Shown: positions 19,556-29,583 of the stretch, piece by piece | Numbering within the stretch: position 1 is the stretch's first letter | How the letters are laid out: each line of letters begins with the position of its first letter | NCBI GenBank assembly: GCA_034430615.1 | Contig: DAOUEJ010000216.1 | Coordinates: 19,016-83,015, forward strand | From: Anaerolineales bacterium | GTDB lineage: Bacteria; Chloroflexota; Anaerolineae; Anaerolineales; E44-bin32 | Length of the DNA: 64,000 nucleotides | Reading direction: 5' to 3' | Translations under genes and position numbers: made by a program | The notes under the pieces: generated by a model | Told to the model about the DNA's origin: nothing | The model's input: the letters and a program-made list of their open reading frames with translations, nothing else | Database searches by the model: none

Positions 19556-19586
19556 CTGCGTTCATAGTTCGAACTCGATGACCGGG

Positions 19587-20993
19587 TTACTGCGTCTCGG
19601 CCAACGCCTCGGCTGCGGATGCGTTCAGCTCTGCCAGCAAAGTCGGGATCTGGTCGGCATCGCTCTGCAAGATAGCCGAGAAGGTATCCTGGACATCACG
19701 GCGAACCGTGCCCCAGGAAGCCCAGCCCGGTTCTCCAACACCGTACGGTGCCAGGTCAAGACCCTGCGCCCAGAGCGGGTTTGTGGCAGCATAGTCGGCA
19801 AGCAGATCAACTGCGCTGGCCCGAATCGGGTAGTACGCGCTGGCTTCGATCCACTTGGCATTGATCTCGGGGCTGGTAAACCACTTCAGGAACAACCAGG
19901 AAGCCACTTCCTTCTCAGGGGTTGATTTCACGATGGCCGAGTACTGTACGTAGGCATCTACGCCCTGCGTCCCACCGTCTCCCACAAAGGGGGTAAACGT
20001 CCAGACATCGTCATGGAAGGCACCCTCGGCCTCGAAAGCATCCGCCTGGTAGGTGTAGCCGGCGGTTGAGCTGATCGTGATCAATGCGCGGCGGGTGGCG
20101 AATTCGGGGTTCGGATAACCTTCGGTGGCGTAGGCGCAGCCCTCATCCCAGATTTCCTTCCAGAATTCGGCTGTGCGCACGACAGCCGGGTTGGTGAAGT
20201 CATAGCCATCACCGGCTTCGTTGTACATGGTCCCGCCCAATCCGAAGACGAAGGAGGCGACGTTGCTGGCACCGGTGTATAGCACCAACCCGCCCTGGCC
20301 ATCGTTGTCAGGGTTGTCATCGGCCGTATTGGCAGCCGTCGCGGCGCAGATCTGCGCTTTGTACTCATCGAGCGTCGTCGGCGGCGCGGCGAAACCAAGT
20401 TCCTCGGCCCAAGTGTTATTATAGAAGTTCACGTTCTCAGACTGCCCATGCGGGAAGCCTACCCGGACACCATTGGCGTTGACCCCGCCATCCCAAGCGC
20501 CGGTGTAGTAATCGGCGATCTCTTCCCCGGTCAGGCCCCAATCAGGATCATTGATGTAGCTATCCAGATCGGCCATCACATCGACCGAATGCCAGGTGTC
20601 GAGGGCGTTGGTGTAGCCCACGACGACATTGGGCAGGTCGCCGGACTGGATGGCGGCGTTCATCGCGTCTTCCAGGTCACGGTAGGCGCCCTGGTCGAGC
20701 GCCTCGACCGTGATGCCCCATTCGTTGGTGGCGTTGAATTCATCTACGATCGCCATCAAACCTTCACCAGTCGAGCCCGTGCCCCACACGTGCCAGAAGG
20801 TCACGGTCTGACCACTCGGGTCGACCGCCGGCATGGCCGGTTCAGGTGTCGGCTCCACCATCGGTGCTTCTGTGGGTGGGACGGCGGCTGGTGGTTCGGT
20901 AGGAGCTTCGGTGGCTGCCGGTGAACAGGCTGAGAGCGCAAGCGGCAGGACCAACGCCACGAGAAGCAACCAGGCGTACATATTCTTCTTCAT
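19587..20993 (-). CDS. Sugar ABC transporter substrate-binding lipoprotein (family 1)
   Basis: Signal peptide with lipobox LALSAC, a Pro/Thr/Ala-rich linker, then a typical extracellular solute-binding fold. First gene of a three-gene operon. Confidence 0.9.
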   Translation of the reverse strand: MKKNMYAWLLLVALVLPLALSACSPAATEAPTEPPAAVPPTEAPMVEPTPEPAMPAVDPSGQTVTFWHVWGTGSTGEGLMAIVDEFNATNEWGITVEALDQGAYRDLEDAMNAAIQSGDLPNVVVGYTNALDTWHSVDVMADLDSYINDPDWGLTGEEIADYYTGAWDGGVNANGVRVGFPHGQSENVNFYNNTWAEELGFAAPPTTLDEYKAQICAATAANTADDNPDNDGQGGLVLYTGASNVASFVFGLGGTMYNEAGDGYDFTNPAVVRTAEFWKEIWDEGCAYATEGYPNPEFATRRALITISSTAGYTYQADAFEAEGAFHDDVWTFTPFVGDGGTQGVDAYVQYSAIVKSTPEKEVASWLFLKWFTSPEINAKWIEASAYYPIRASAVDLLADYAATNPLWAQGLDLAPYGVGEPGWASWGTVRRDVQDTFSAILQSDADQIPTLLAELNASAAEALAETQ

Positions 20994-21083
20994 TGCGAAC
21001 TTTCCTCCTCGATACGAATTATCCAGGTAATATTGGACTGACTCAATTCCCTCTTCTTTCGATCGCTGCCTCCTTCCGGCCGA

Positions 21084-21980
21084 TCAACCCTTCAAACCGC
21101 TGCGGGCGATAGACTCCGTGAATTGCTTCTGGGTAAAGAAGTAGAGCACGAGTATCGGCACGATTGTAATAACCGCACCGGCCATCATCAAGTTCAACCT
21201 CTGGCCAGCCTCATCGATGAAGCTTAAAAAGCCGACCGTGATCGGACGCCAATCGGGTGTGTTGGTGACCAGCAAAGGCCAGGCAAGTGCATTCCACGAT
21301 CCCATGAAGGAGAGCACCAGGATAACCATTAAGGGTGCTTTGGCCAATGGAAGCACAACCTTCATCAGGAAACGCATATGCCCGGCGCCATCGATCTGGG
21401 CCGCGTCGAAGAGTTCGTCGGGGATCTGGGCGAAGAATTGCCGCAGAAGAAAGATCGAAAATACGCTCCCCATGAAGGGGATCGTCAGCGCCGGCCAGTT
21501 GTTGATCCACGGGATCGGACCGATCCGGCCCAGCCAGGTGACCGTCAGGAAGTTGGGGATGATCAAGACCATGGCCGGGATCATCATCGTGCTGAGCATA
21601 ACACCGAAGATCAGGTCCCGGCCGGGAAACTCGATCCGGGCAAATGCATAGGCTGCCAGGATGCTCACGGTGAGCTGGCCGGCCAGCGTGATAATGGTGA
21701 TCTGGATGCTGTTGATCATATACTCGGCGAACTGCGCTTCCTTCCACGCATCGATATAGTTCTCGAGGTGGATCGCGCTGGGGAACAACTTGACGCCCAT
21801 CGATTCACCGATCGACATGAAAGAGGTCGAGATCATCCACACGAAGGGAATCACTGCTAGCAGCGCACCCAGGATCAACACCAGGTAGGTCAGGCTATGC
21901 CGGGTGATGGCCCTCATCAACGTGCGTCCGAAACCCCTGTCCGCACCCGAGCTAATTCTCTGATCGGTTCGATCAGCCAT
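21084..21980 (-). CDS. Carbohydrate ABC transporter permease
   Basis: 298 aa, about 6 TM helices, EAA-loop region [21 protein letters not shown]. Overlaps the upstream permease by 8 nt. Confidence 0.9.
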   Translation of the reverse strand: MADRTDQRISSGADRGFGRTLMRAITRHSLTYLVLILGALLAVIPFVWMISTSFMSIGESMGVKLFPSAIHLENYIDAWKEAQFAEYMINSIQITIITLAGQLTVSILAAYAFARIEFPGRDLIFGVMLSTMMIPAMVLIIPNFLTVTWLGRIGPIPWINNWPALTIPFMGSVFSIFLLRQFFAQIPDELFDAAQIDGAGHMRFLMKVVLPLAKAPLMVILVLSFMGSWNALAWPLLVTNTPDWRPITVGFLSFIDEAGQRLNLMMAGAVITIVPILVLYFFTQKQFTESIARSGLKG

Positions 21981-23685
21981 AGAACACCCTCGATCCCTGC
22001 AGACGGTTATTGAGCACGGTCAGGCTCAGGATAATGGCAAACAAGACAAAAGCCAATGCCGACGCATACCCATATCGAACTTTGTCGTAGAACTCGAGGA
22101 AGATCGTGACGCTGAAAGTATCTACCGTGCCCAGCGAGAGTTCATGCCGCAAGACCCAGATGTGGCTGAACGCTTTAAACGTTCCGATGATCGCGATCAG
22201 TGAAAGGAAATAGGTGGTGGGAGACAGAAGCGGGAAGATGATCTGCCTGAAGATCTGCCAGCGTCCCGCGCCGTCGATCTCGGCCGCTTCGATTAATTCG
22301 GTCGAGATATTACCCAGCCCCGCCAGATAAATAACCGTGTCGTAGCCCACATAGACCCAGATCGAGAATATCATCACCACGACCAGCGCCAGGCTGGGAC
22401 CAGCAGCCCAGGCGGGGATCTCCTGGCCAAACCGCTCCGCCAGGAGTTTGAAGATGCCGTTCGGCTCCTGGATCCAGCGCAGGGGTTCAAGCCCGGCAAA
22501 TTGCAGCAGTTGGTTGACCGGAGCCTGAGGGCGGATGGAGAACATCTGCTTGAAGACGGCGGCGGAGGCGACAAAAGGCGTCACATAGGGCAGGAAGTAC
22601 AACATGCGGAATAGCTCAGATCCTGCCAGACGCCGGAAGAGAAGGACCGCAAGGAAGAGCGAGATCCCCAGCTGGAAGGGGACTGTCCCGAGAGAATAGA
22701 AGATGGTGACTTTCAGACCTTCCCACACGTCTTTGTCACCGGCGTCGATCACCATCGGGAGTTCTCCGATCAACACCCAGCCGCCGACTAACAAAACCGT
22801 GGCGCCGAGAATCCGCAGCCAGAACGTGCGCGTGGACATCTCCCCCTCTGCCTCCCGCCAGACGAACCAGGCCGCTATGAGTAAGAGCACACCACTGCTG
22901 ATGGTGATGATCTGGGACCAGAGAGCCGGGCTCTCGCCAGTTTCAAGCGTTTGTTGGTATGCAAGCCCTGCTTGCTGGTAGGTATAGGCAGCCAGGAAAA
23001 CCCCAACCCCGAGGGCGAACCAGATCGTGGTGAAGGAAACTTGATAGCCAAATGCCCCAGGTTTTCTCCACAAGCGGATAAAACCAAAGGATACGAGTAT
23101 GGCGATCACCAGCAGTAGTAGGAAAAGCTTCAGGGCCGCCACGACGTGCGGCACGGAGAATGCCTCGCCCAGCAATTGGATGAAGAGCTCGCGGGTCCGA
23201 TCGAGCGTGATGACCTTGTTGGCAATATCGAGCACATTCGGCAGGAGCAGCACGGTCCAGCGCAAGAAAGCGACCAGCGTTGCGGCGTGCAGTACACCGG
23301 GGAAGACCATGATCCACGGTTTTACCTCGCGTTCTTGCGCCTGTCTGAGGACCCGACGCATCAGGAACCAGGCCAATACGATAGCACCCACCGCCAATGC
23401 AAAGAGCAGGACGTAGATAAAGGTATCGATCGCGCGCACATAATTCGTGAGCCCGATGAAATCGCCCCGCCGCAGCTTCCATTGGTACAGGCTGACATAA
23501 AGCGCGAAGCCAACCGGGAAGATGCCGAAGACAAAGATCAGCAGCGTCGCCGGCAGGATCATCAGGTAGCCGGTTATATATTCTCGGAGCTTGCGGCCGC
23601 TGTGTCCGCTCATGCCGCTGCGGAGTCTTGCGAGCCGGGATTGCCTCGTAAGTTGAATATCCGCTGGTCGACGGGTTTCCTGCAC
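21973..23685 (-). CDS. Sugar ABC transporter permease with a long extra N-terminal membrane region
   Basis: 570 aa. The C-terminal ~300 aa has the EAA loop [21 protein letters not shown]. The N-terminal ~270 aa adds further TM helices. Confidence 0.85.
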   Translation of the reverse strand: MQETRRPADIQLTRQSRLARLRSGMSGHSGRKLREYITGYLMILPATLLIFVFGIFPVGFALYVSLYQWKLRRGDFIGLTNYVRAIDTFIYVLLFALAVGAIVLAWFLMRRVLRQAQEREVKPWIMVFPGVLHAATLVAFLRWTVLLLPNVLDIANKVITLDRTRELFIQLLGEAFSVPHVVAALKLFLLLLVIAILVSFGFIRLWRKPGAFGYQVSFTTIWFALGVGVFLAAYTYQQAGLAYQQTLETGESPALWSQIITISSGVLLLIAAWFVWREAEGEMSTRTFWLRILGATVLLVGGWVLIGELPMVIDAGDKDVWEGLKVTIFYSLGTVPFQLGISLFLAVLLFRRLAGSELFRMLYFLPYVTPFVASAAVFKQMFSIRPQAPVNQLLQFAGLEPLRWIQEPNGIFKLLAERFGQEIPAWAAGPSLALVVVMIFSIWVYVGYDTVIYLAGLGNISTELIEAAEIDGAGRWQIFRQIIFPLLSPTTYFLSLIAIIGTFKAFSHIWVLRHELSLGTVDTFSVTIFLEFYDKVRYGYASALAFVLFAIILSLTVLNNRLQGSRVFYG

Positions 23686-23774
23686 TCGTCCTCCAAAACG
23701 CTCATGGATTAATGTGGATTAGAATTATAGGCTACCATGCAAAACTGAACCAGTGCCCACTTTCAAAAGAACGG

Positions 23775-25070
23775 ATGATCATGCTCCTTACAGACAGGTC
23801 TGCAGAAGCCATCGACCGTATTCAGGCTACACGCTTACCAGGACTCGACCTGGGCAGTGACAGCATCCACCCTAACTACAACGGCCTTTCGATCCTCAAC
23901 CTGCCCTCCAGCTTGTGCAAGTGGTTCGCGGCAGAGCCGCTGACCCATCCTGCCCTTGACCTTTCTGCATTGGACGCGCTGGCCGAAGACATCGATCAGA
24001 TCATCGTTGTCCTCGTCGACGCTGTTTCATTGAGCCGTTTCCAGCGCTGGATGGCAGACATGCTTCCGTCACTCACCACCGTACCCGGGGAGGCCTCCCT
24101 CACCACGATCACTTCCGTAGTTCCCTCGACGACGTGCGCCGCGCTGACGACTTTATGGACCGGACGCAGCCCGGCCGAACACGGAATCCTCGGTTATGAG
24201 ATATTTCTACGTGAATTCGGCCTGGTTGCGAACATGATCACCCATGCGCCAGCCGCGTTTGATGGTGAGGCTGGTTCGCTCTACCGCGCCGGCCTCGATC
24301 CGCTGACATTCCTCCCCGTTCCAACGATCGGACCGCACCTGGCACGAAGTGGTGTAGAAACCCATGCCCATCTGCATTACTCCATCAGCGGATCCGGCTT
24401 GTCCCGGATGCACTACCTGGATGTTCAGGTGCACACTTACGCCGGGGTATCCGACCTGTGGATTTCTGTTCGTCAGTTGGCAGAACAACCGCTCAAATCC
24501 AGGCGCTATCTCTGGGTTTACTATGGGGGCGTTGATGGACTTTCCCACCGGCATGGCCCTGATTCCGAGCAAGCCCGGGCTGATTTCCAGGCGTTCATCC
24601 TGGGCCTCTTCAACCATTTTCTGGAACCCCTCGATCGCGAAATCGGGAAACGAACACTCTTCCTGATGCTGGCCGATCATGGCCAGGTCACTACCCGGAA
24701 AGATCCTCAATATGAACTTCGCTCTCACCCAGGACTGGCCCGCCGGCTGCACATGAGCCCGACCGGTGAGAACCGGCTTGCGTATCTCTACCCGCGACCC
24801 GGCCAAGCGGAGGCCGTCAATGAATACGTTCGCCGAACCTGGCCAACTGGGTTCCAGCTCCTACCTTCTGGCTTCGCGCTCGAGGCAGTCCTGTTCGGGC
24901 CCGGTGAGCCGGCTGCTTCGGCGTTCGATCGTCTTGGCGACCTGATCGCTATCGCCCAGGATGATGCCTACCTGTGGTGGGCAACCAAGGAAAACCCGCT
25001 CATTGGACGCCACGGTGGCATCTCACGCGATGAAATGCTCGTTCCGCTCTTCGCCTACCGCCCGAGTTGA
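23775..25070 (+). CDS. Alkaline-phosphatase-superfamily protein (type I phosphodiesterase/nucleotide pyrophosphatase-like)
   Basis: Core motifs VVLVDAVS, SVVPSTTCAALTTLWTG and LMLADHG. The start is taken at ATG 23775 rather than the track start at 23712. Confidence 0.65.
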   Translation: MIMLLTDRSAEAIDRIQATRLPGLDLGSDSIHPNYNGLSILNLPSSLCKWFAAEPLTHPALDLSALDALAEDIDQIIVVLVDAVSLSRFQRWMADMLPSLTTVPGEASLTTITSVVPSTTCAALTTLWTGRSPAEHGILGYEIFLREFGLVANMITHAPAAFDGEAGSLYRAGLDPLTFLPVPTIGPHLARSGVETHAHLHYSISGSGLSRMHYLDVQVHTYAGVSDLWISVRQLAEQPLKSRRYLWVYYGGVDGLSHRHGPDSEQARADFQAFILGLFNHFLEPLDREIGKRTLFLMLADHGQVTTRKDPQYELRSHPGLARRLHMSPTGENRLAYLYPRPGQAEAVNEYVRRTWPTGFQLLPSGFALEAVLFGPGEPAASAFDRLGDLIAIAQDDAYLWWATKENPLIGRHGGISRDEMLVPLFAYRPS

Positions 25071-25141
25071 TATCCCTATCTCGCATCAAAACCACCTCCC
25101 AGGGTGTGGGAGGTGGTTTATTTCTTCCTACCTTGCATGAA

Positions 25142-26164
25142 TTATGGTTGCGCAGTGCCTCCCAGTGAAGGCAAGGGCAGCAGGTACGGATTATCAGCCG
25201 GGACGAGCATCACCTGGATGCCGGGGCCAAGCTTCTGGATGTATTCGAAGGTGATCAGGTCGGGATTGTTGCGCAGCGCATCGGCGATCAATCCCAAGGC
25301 CTCAGCCTCGGCCTTGGCCTCGATCACACGCGCCAGGGCATGGCCTTCGGCCTGGATCACAACAGCATCAGCCTCACCCTGGGCGACCTGGCGAGCTTGC
25401 TCAGCTTCCTGCTCGCGCTGCTGAACGATAAACGCGGCCTGCTGCGCTAGCTGCTCGGCAATCTGCTTCTGCTCAACCGAGGCAGCATATTCGTCTGAGA
25501 AGGCGATGTTGCGCAGGACAAACTCATGCAAAATCAGGTTGCCTTCATTAAAACTGGCTGCGAGCTGATCGGTCATGAATGTGGTCAATTCGAAACGCTT
25601 GGTGCTGATGACCTCATCGATCCTGAATTGTGAGACACCATCGCGGATGACACCGCGTGCAAAGGGCCGCACCAGGTTATTGATATACGCACCAGACCAC
25701 TTGATATGGGATTCAACCACTTTGGACGGGTCGATCGAGAAGATGACCGAGGCGTCGACCCGGACGATCTGGCCGTCCGCGGTGCGTGCTTCGACCGAAT
25801 CATCACCTTCTATCGCCCCCTCTTCTGGTGCGATCGACATGGTATATGTCTGGCGGGTGATGGGGTAGGTAATCACGTTCTCGAGAAAGGGCACAACCCA
25901 TCTCAAACCGGGTTCGAGCGCTTCTGGGCGGACACCATCACCGAGTGCGGTGATGACCACGCCACGCTCGGTCGGCTGGATGAAGACCAACCCCGCGCTG
26001 ACCGTCGTAAGAGCTAGCGCCAGGATGATCGCCCCGATGATGATGACCCCGGCAGATTTCATCCGCTGCCCGCGTGCAGCCTGGGCAACCGCCAATCCGA
26101 TGGTGCCAAGAGCAATGACCCAGGCTACTGTGGCGAGTGCCGATAGAACTACTGAGACGTTCAT
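25142..26164 (-). CDS. SPFH/band 7 (prohibitin/HflC-like) membrane protein
   Basis: N-terminal TM helices, an SPFH core, and a C-terminal Ala/Glu/Gln-rich coiled coil (QQREQEAEQARQVAQGEADA). Confidence 0.85.
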   Translation of the reverse strand: MNVSVVLSALATVAWVIALGTIGLAVAQAARGQRMKSAGVIIIGAIILALALTTVSAGLVFIQPTERGVVITALGDGVRPEALEPGLRWVVPFLENVITYPITRQTYTMSIAPEEGAIEGDDSVEARTADGQIVRVDASVIFSIDPSKVVESHIKWSGAYINNLVRPFARGVIRDGVSQFRIDEVISTKRFELTTFMTDQLAASFNEGNLILHEFVLRNIAFSDEYAASVEQKQIAEQLAQQAAFIVQQREQEAEQARQVAQGEADAVVIQAEGHALARVIEAKAEAEALGLIADALRNNPDLITFEYIQKLGPGIQVMLVPADNPYLLPLPSLGGTAQP

Positions 26165-26324
26165 TTTCTCCTCCTCAGGAAGTTGTTCTATTCTTGGCGA
26201 ATTTATTCGAGTGTACGAATTCTACCATGCACACCTCGGCGCCCCCGACAGGTGGCTGACATCTCCCGCCCACGGAGCGGAGTCGTAGATAGACTTGATT
26301 CATGATGGTGATCGGGTTGGTGTC

Positions 26325-26762
26325 TCAGCGTTCGAGCAGCACCGTAACCGGCCCATCGTTCTCGATCTCGACCAGCATTTGGGCTCCAAAGACGCCCTCA
26401 GCCACCGATAGATTCTGCTGGCGCAGACGTTTTGCAAATGCTGCCACAAGCGGTTCGGCAAGATCTGGTGAAGCGGCCTCGATGAAGCTTGGCCTTCGTC
26501 CCTTGTGTGTATCGGCGTAGAGAGTAAACTGCGAGATTACCATCACCTCACCCCCCACCTCGGCCAGGGAAAGGTTCATCTTCCCATCCAGGTCTTCGAA
26601 GATCCTCAGGGCGGCACACTTGTCTGCCACCCAGACGGCAGTTTCCTGATCATCATCCTTGCCAATGCCAAGCAGGATCACGAGACCCTTCCCGATAGCG
26701 CCAACCTCTGCTCCATCGATCGTCACCCGGCCTCGCCTGACGCGCTGAAGGACTGCTCGCAT
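26325..26762 (-). CDS. dtd: D-aminoacyl-tRNA deacylase
   Basis: MRAVLQRVRRGRVTIDG...GKGLVILLGIGKDD...ISQFTLYADT..GRRPSF is the canonical Dtd pattern over 145 aa. Confidence 0.9.
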   Translation of the reverse strand: MRAVLQRVRRGRVTIDGAEVGAIGKGLVILLGIGKDDDQETAVWVADKCAALRIFEDLDGKMNLSLAEVGGEVMVISQFTLYADTHKGRRPSFIEAASPDLAEPLVAAFAKRLRQQNLSVAEGVFGAQMLVEIENDGPVTVLLER

Positions 26763-26807
26763 GGGATACCTTTCCCTGATCAGGGATAAAGGCGATCAGA
26801 ATGATAT

Positions 26808-27050
26808 TTATCTTTTAAGGGCTTTGCCCACCAACTCGACCAACGCATCTGGCTCAATGTGGCTGCCGGTCTGCAGTTTTGAGTAGACCAGGTCCTCGCC
26901 CACCAGCACCTCGAAACGCCCCCCATCGGAGGGGATGAGTGCAATCGAGCTGACTTTGAATTCAAATGCCTTCAAGAGTTCGGCCATCGCACCGATGGCG
27001 CGGTCTGTATAGTGTCAAACTGCGCAGTACTCGATCGAGATCTCAACCAT
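26808..27050 (-). CDS. SelW-like (Rdx family) selenoprotein, C-x-x-U motif, Sec encoded by UGA at 27017..27015
   Basis: Not in the ORF track. A ggagggag RBS lies 5 nt before ATG 27050. Translation: MVEISIEYCAV-U-HYTDRAIGAMAELLKAFEFKVSSIALIPSDGGRFEVLVGEDLVYSKLQTGSHIEPDALVELVGKALKR, stop TAA 26810..26808. This matches the Rdx/SelW pattern: N-terminal beta strand, CxxC/U, then GG.FEV..G.L.(Y/W)SK. Confidence 0.85.
26983..26999 (-). promoter_or_regulatory. SECIS-like hairpin gccaucg-GUG-cgauggc, 15 nt downstream of UGA 27017..27015
   Basis: A 7-bp perfect stem read directly. A G/U-containing apex at this distance from the UGA fits a bacterial SECIS. Folded by eye only. Confidence 0.45.
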
Positions 27051-27189
27051 ATTTTCTCCCTCCAATATGCGTAATGTGCTGTATCTGCGTGCAACAGCAA
27101 GGAGTATACTGTATCGAACCCATCCGGCAATCCGGGAAAGTCTTGGGGCCCAGGGTCAAGTGTGCGATAATAGCGGAAGGAGGTGAAGT

Positions 27190-27411
27190 ATGCGCCGCTT
27201 TACATCTTTTATCGCTGGAGCCATGTGCGGTGCGCTCATTGGGTCCATCGCCGCGCTCCTCCTGGCTCCCTTCTCGGGAGACGAACTTCGAGAGCAGGTC
27301 CAATCGCGGACACTCGCCTTTCGCGACGATGTTCGTGAAGCCTACGATGCGCGCGTTGCCCAACTCGAGGCCGAGTTAGAGCAATTGCGGGGACGAGCCA
27401 GGAAGTCCTGA
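27190..27411 (+). CDS. YtxH domain-containing protein (73 aa)
   Basis: A ggaaggagg RBS. GAMCGALIGSIAALLLAPFSGDELREQV is the YtxH signature, followed by a helical tail. Confidence 0.7.
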   Translation: MRRFTSFIAGAMCGALIGSIAALLLAPFSGDELREQVQSRTLAFRDDVREAYDARVAQLEAELEQLRGRARKS

Positions 27412-27490
27412 ACTTGCCCGTTTTCTAAATGACAAAAGCGGATCACCTTAGCAAAGGGTGATCCGCTTTCTTTCTATGTAGATCGGTCGT

Positions 27491-29509
27491 TTAAGGGGTC
27501 AATTCGAATTCGTATGGGGCTGGTTGCCAGGTGTAGCGGGTCATCCCGCTTACAATCAGATAGGCAGGGCCCTGGCCAAGATCTACTTCGAGTTCGGCCT
27601 GGTTTAACTCATCCAATGGGATGAAGGTCACCTCGGGTTCAGCGCCCATTCGAATGAGGGTCAAACTGTAGATCTGGGGGAGCCGGTTGTATAAGCGGAC
27701 GAAGCCCTCGGCTTGCCAACCACCCTCATCCGTTTCAAAATCCTCCGTGTAGCCTATGGCGTCAATCGAGATGTCGTCCAGCAGCAGGCCATCGCCATTC
27801 ACCGCGGCATCCGTGATGTATTCAAAGCGGAGCATAAGCTGCACCCCAGCATAAGTGGATAGGTCAATGTTCTCTTCGATCCAGACGGGTGCCTCCCCCC
27901 CGCCGCTGAAGCCGTTGTAGCCCCAACCATAGGAGTTCCCGGATAGATCCTCGTCGGTTCCGGAGGGTGTCTCCAGGATTTGCCAGGTCGCGCCTCCATC
28001 GATCGAAGCCTCCAGGTAGAGATAATCCCAGCCTTCCTCGATGTCATACCAGGTCCAGTAGCTCAGTTCCACCGGGCCGGTGACGGAACGCAGATCGAAC
28101 TCGCGTGTGAGCTGCATATCCGACTCGTCACCCCGGTTGGACCAGAAGGTGAAGTCGCCTGAATGGGGTTCAGCCGGGAGCACGGGCACGGTCGTGGCGC
28201 CATCGAAGGTGAGCGTGAGGTCACCCATGCAATCGATGCGGATGTAGTCGATGCCGTACTGTTCCACCTGGCCCGATTGGCGCCCGCTGGGGCAGGTATC
28301 CACGCTCGCCGCTTCCTGGACAGCTGGCGGTGAGTAGGAGGAATAGCTGTAGCGGCCATCATCCAGCGCGGGATCGTCGACCAGCAGCGTCACCGTCCAA
28401 TCCCGGAAAACGTCATCGGCAGTGAGTGGCTGCGCCGCCCCGGTCTCACGCAGGTCCAGCGTGGCCAGGACTTCGTCGATCGAATCCAGCCCGTTCTTCG
28501 GATCGGCAACGACCGCCTTGGTGGCCTCCGAGCCGAAGCGATCCAGGAAATAGGCAAAAAACAAGAACGATTGCCCGTAGTGGGCGTCTCCGTGGGTCGG
28601 CCAATAGGTGAGCGCCAGGTCAGGATCATCCGTGTAGGCATAATCCCAGCCGCCGATATCAAAGCCGTTCAGGTGCGCGGCCAGTTCGGAGAAGCCCTCG
28701 TTCACCCATGATTCTTCATTGCGGTCCAGGTTCCAGTGGATCATATGCTGGAATTCATGGGCCAGCACGCCAGCGGTGTAGGTATCCCACAGGTTGCTTG
28801 TGTCAGCGCTCAGGTAGAACATCTCATGCGCGTTCGAATATTGTTGGGCCAGCGGTGATAGTTCGTCTGCCGGTGAGAAGTAGCCGGCGACCCTTTCGCC
28901 CAGGTTGCGGGCGTAGAGGATGTAGAGGTGCTCATCACCATCCACGCCGGGCGACCACTCGCTCCCAAAGAATTCCCGATCGGTGGGGTAGGCGTTAGCC
29001 TGGAAATCGTCCACAAGCGTCTTAACGTCGCTCAGATCGTACTTTACGCCCTTCTCAATCCAGAAGTAGATATTTTCGGTGGCGTAGACCAACTCGGCAT
29101 CGACCTCAAGGTTTTCGATCGTATCCACATTTCCAACCCAGAAAGTCTGGACAGTCCCAAGCGAGATCGGATCGGCCGAAGTGGCCACGACGCGTGGGAC
29201 GTCCGGGATGCCTCGCAATCGCTGTGCCAGTTCAATCGGATCGTTGTTGGGCACAATCGTGTCCGCCAATTGTTGGCTTGTCTGGCGAGCAAGATCCGGG
29301 GACCCGGCCGGTACGGATGGGAGCGCAACAGGCGTACGCGTCGGGGTGGCAATCACACCCGGGTCGTCTATTTGCACGACATCTGAAATCCTGCCACCCA
29401 ACCAGCGGGTGGCCACCAATCCCACACCCAGGCAGCCCACGCAAAGGGTCATGGTCAGGGCAAGCGCGATGAAAAACCAGGTTGTCGTTGAACGGCCTTC
29501 AGAAGCCAT
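27491..29509 (-). CDS. Membrane-anchored secreted zinc metallopeptidase (HExxH; possibly M30/hyicolysin-like)
   Basis: 672 aa with an N-terminal TM anchor. The zinc motif sits in VLAHEFQHMIHWN with a downstream WVNEGFSE. The family assignment is from recall and uncertain. Confidence 0.6.
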   Translation of the reverse strand: MASEGRSTTTWFFIALALTMTLCVGCLGVGLVATRWLGGRISDVVQIDDPGVIATPTRTPVALPSVPAGSPDLARQTSQQLADTIVPNNDPIELAQRLRGIPDVPRVVATSADPISLGTVQTFWVGNVDTIENLEVDAELVYATENIYFWIEKGVKYDLSDVKTLVDDFQANAYPTDREFFGSEWSPGVDGDEHLYILYARNLGERVAGYFSPADELSPLAQQYSNAHEMFYLSADTSNLWDTYTAGVLAHEFQHMIHWNLDRNEESWVNEGFSELAAHLNGFDIGGWDYAYTDDPDLALTYWPTHGDAHYGQSFLFFAYFLDRFGSEATKAVVADPKNGLDSIDEVLATLDLRETGAAQPLTADDVFRDWTVTLLVDDPALDDGRYSYSSYSPPAVQEAASVDTCPSGRQSGQVEQYGIDYIRIDCMGDLTLTFDGATTVPVLPAEPHSGDFTFWSNRGDESDMQLTREFDLRSVTGPVELSYWTWYDIEEGWDYLYLEASIDGGATWQILETPSGTDEDLSGNSYGWGYNGFSGGGEAPVWIEENIDLSTYAGVQLMLRFEYITDAAVNGDGLLLDDISIDAIGYTEDFETDEGGWQAEGFVRLYNRLPQIYSLTLIRMGAEPEVTFIPLDELNQAELEVDLGQGPAYLIVSGMTRYTWQPAPYEFELTP

Positions 29510-29583
29510 GCTTCCTCCTGGGAGGTAATGATTGCTGGATTATATCTAAACTCATCTGGTTTAACGCCAGTGAAGCAATCGGC

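Noticed and set aside
26780-26965. Track ORF of 61 aa on the minus strand
   Set aside because: It is in the wrong frame and overlaps the SelW-like gene. Its translation (Trp/Arg/Ser-rich) has no motif, whereas the alternative frame gives a full Rdx-family protein with an RBS.
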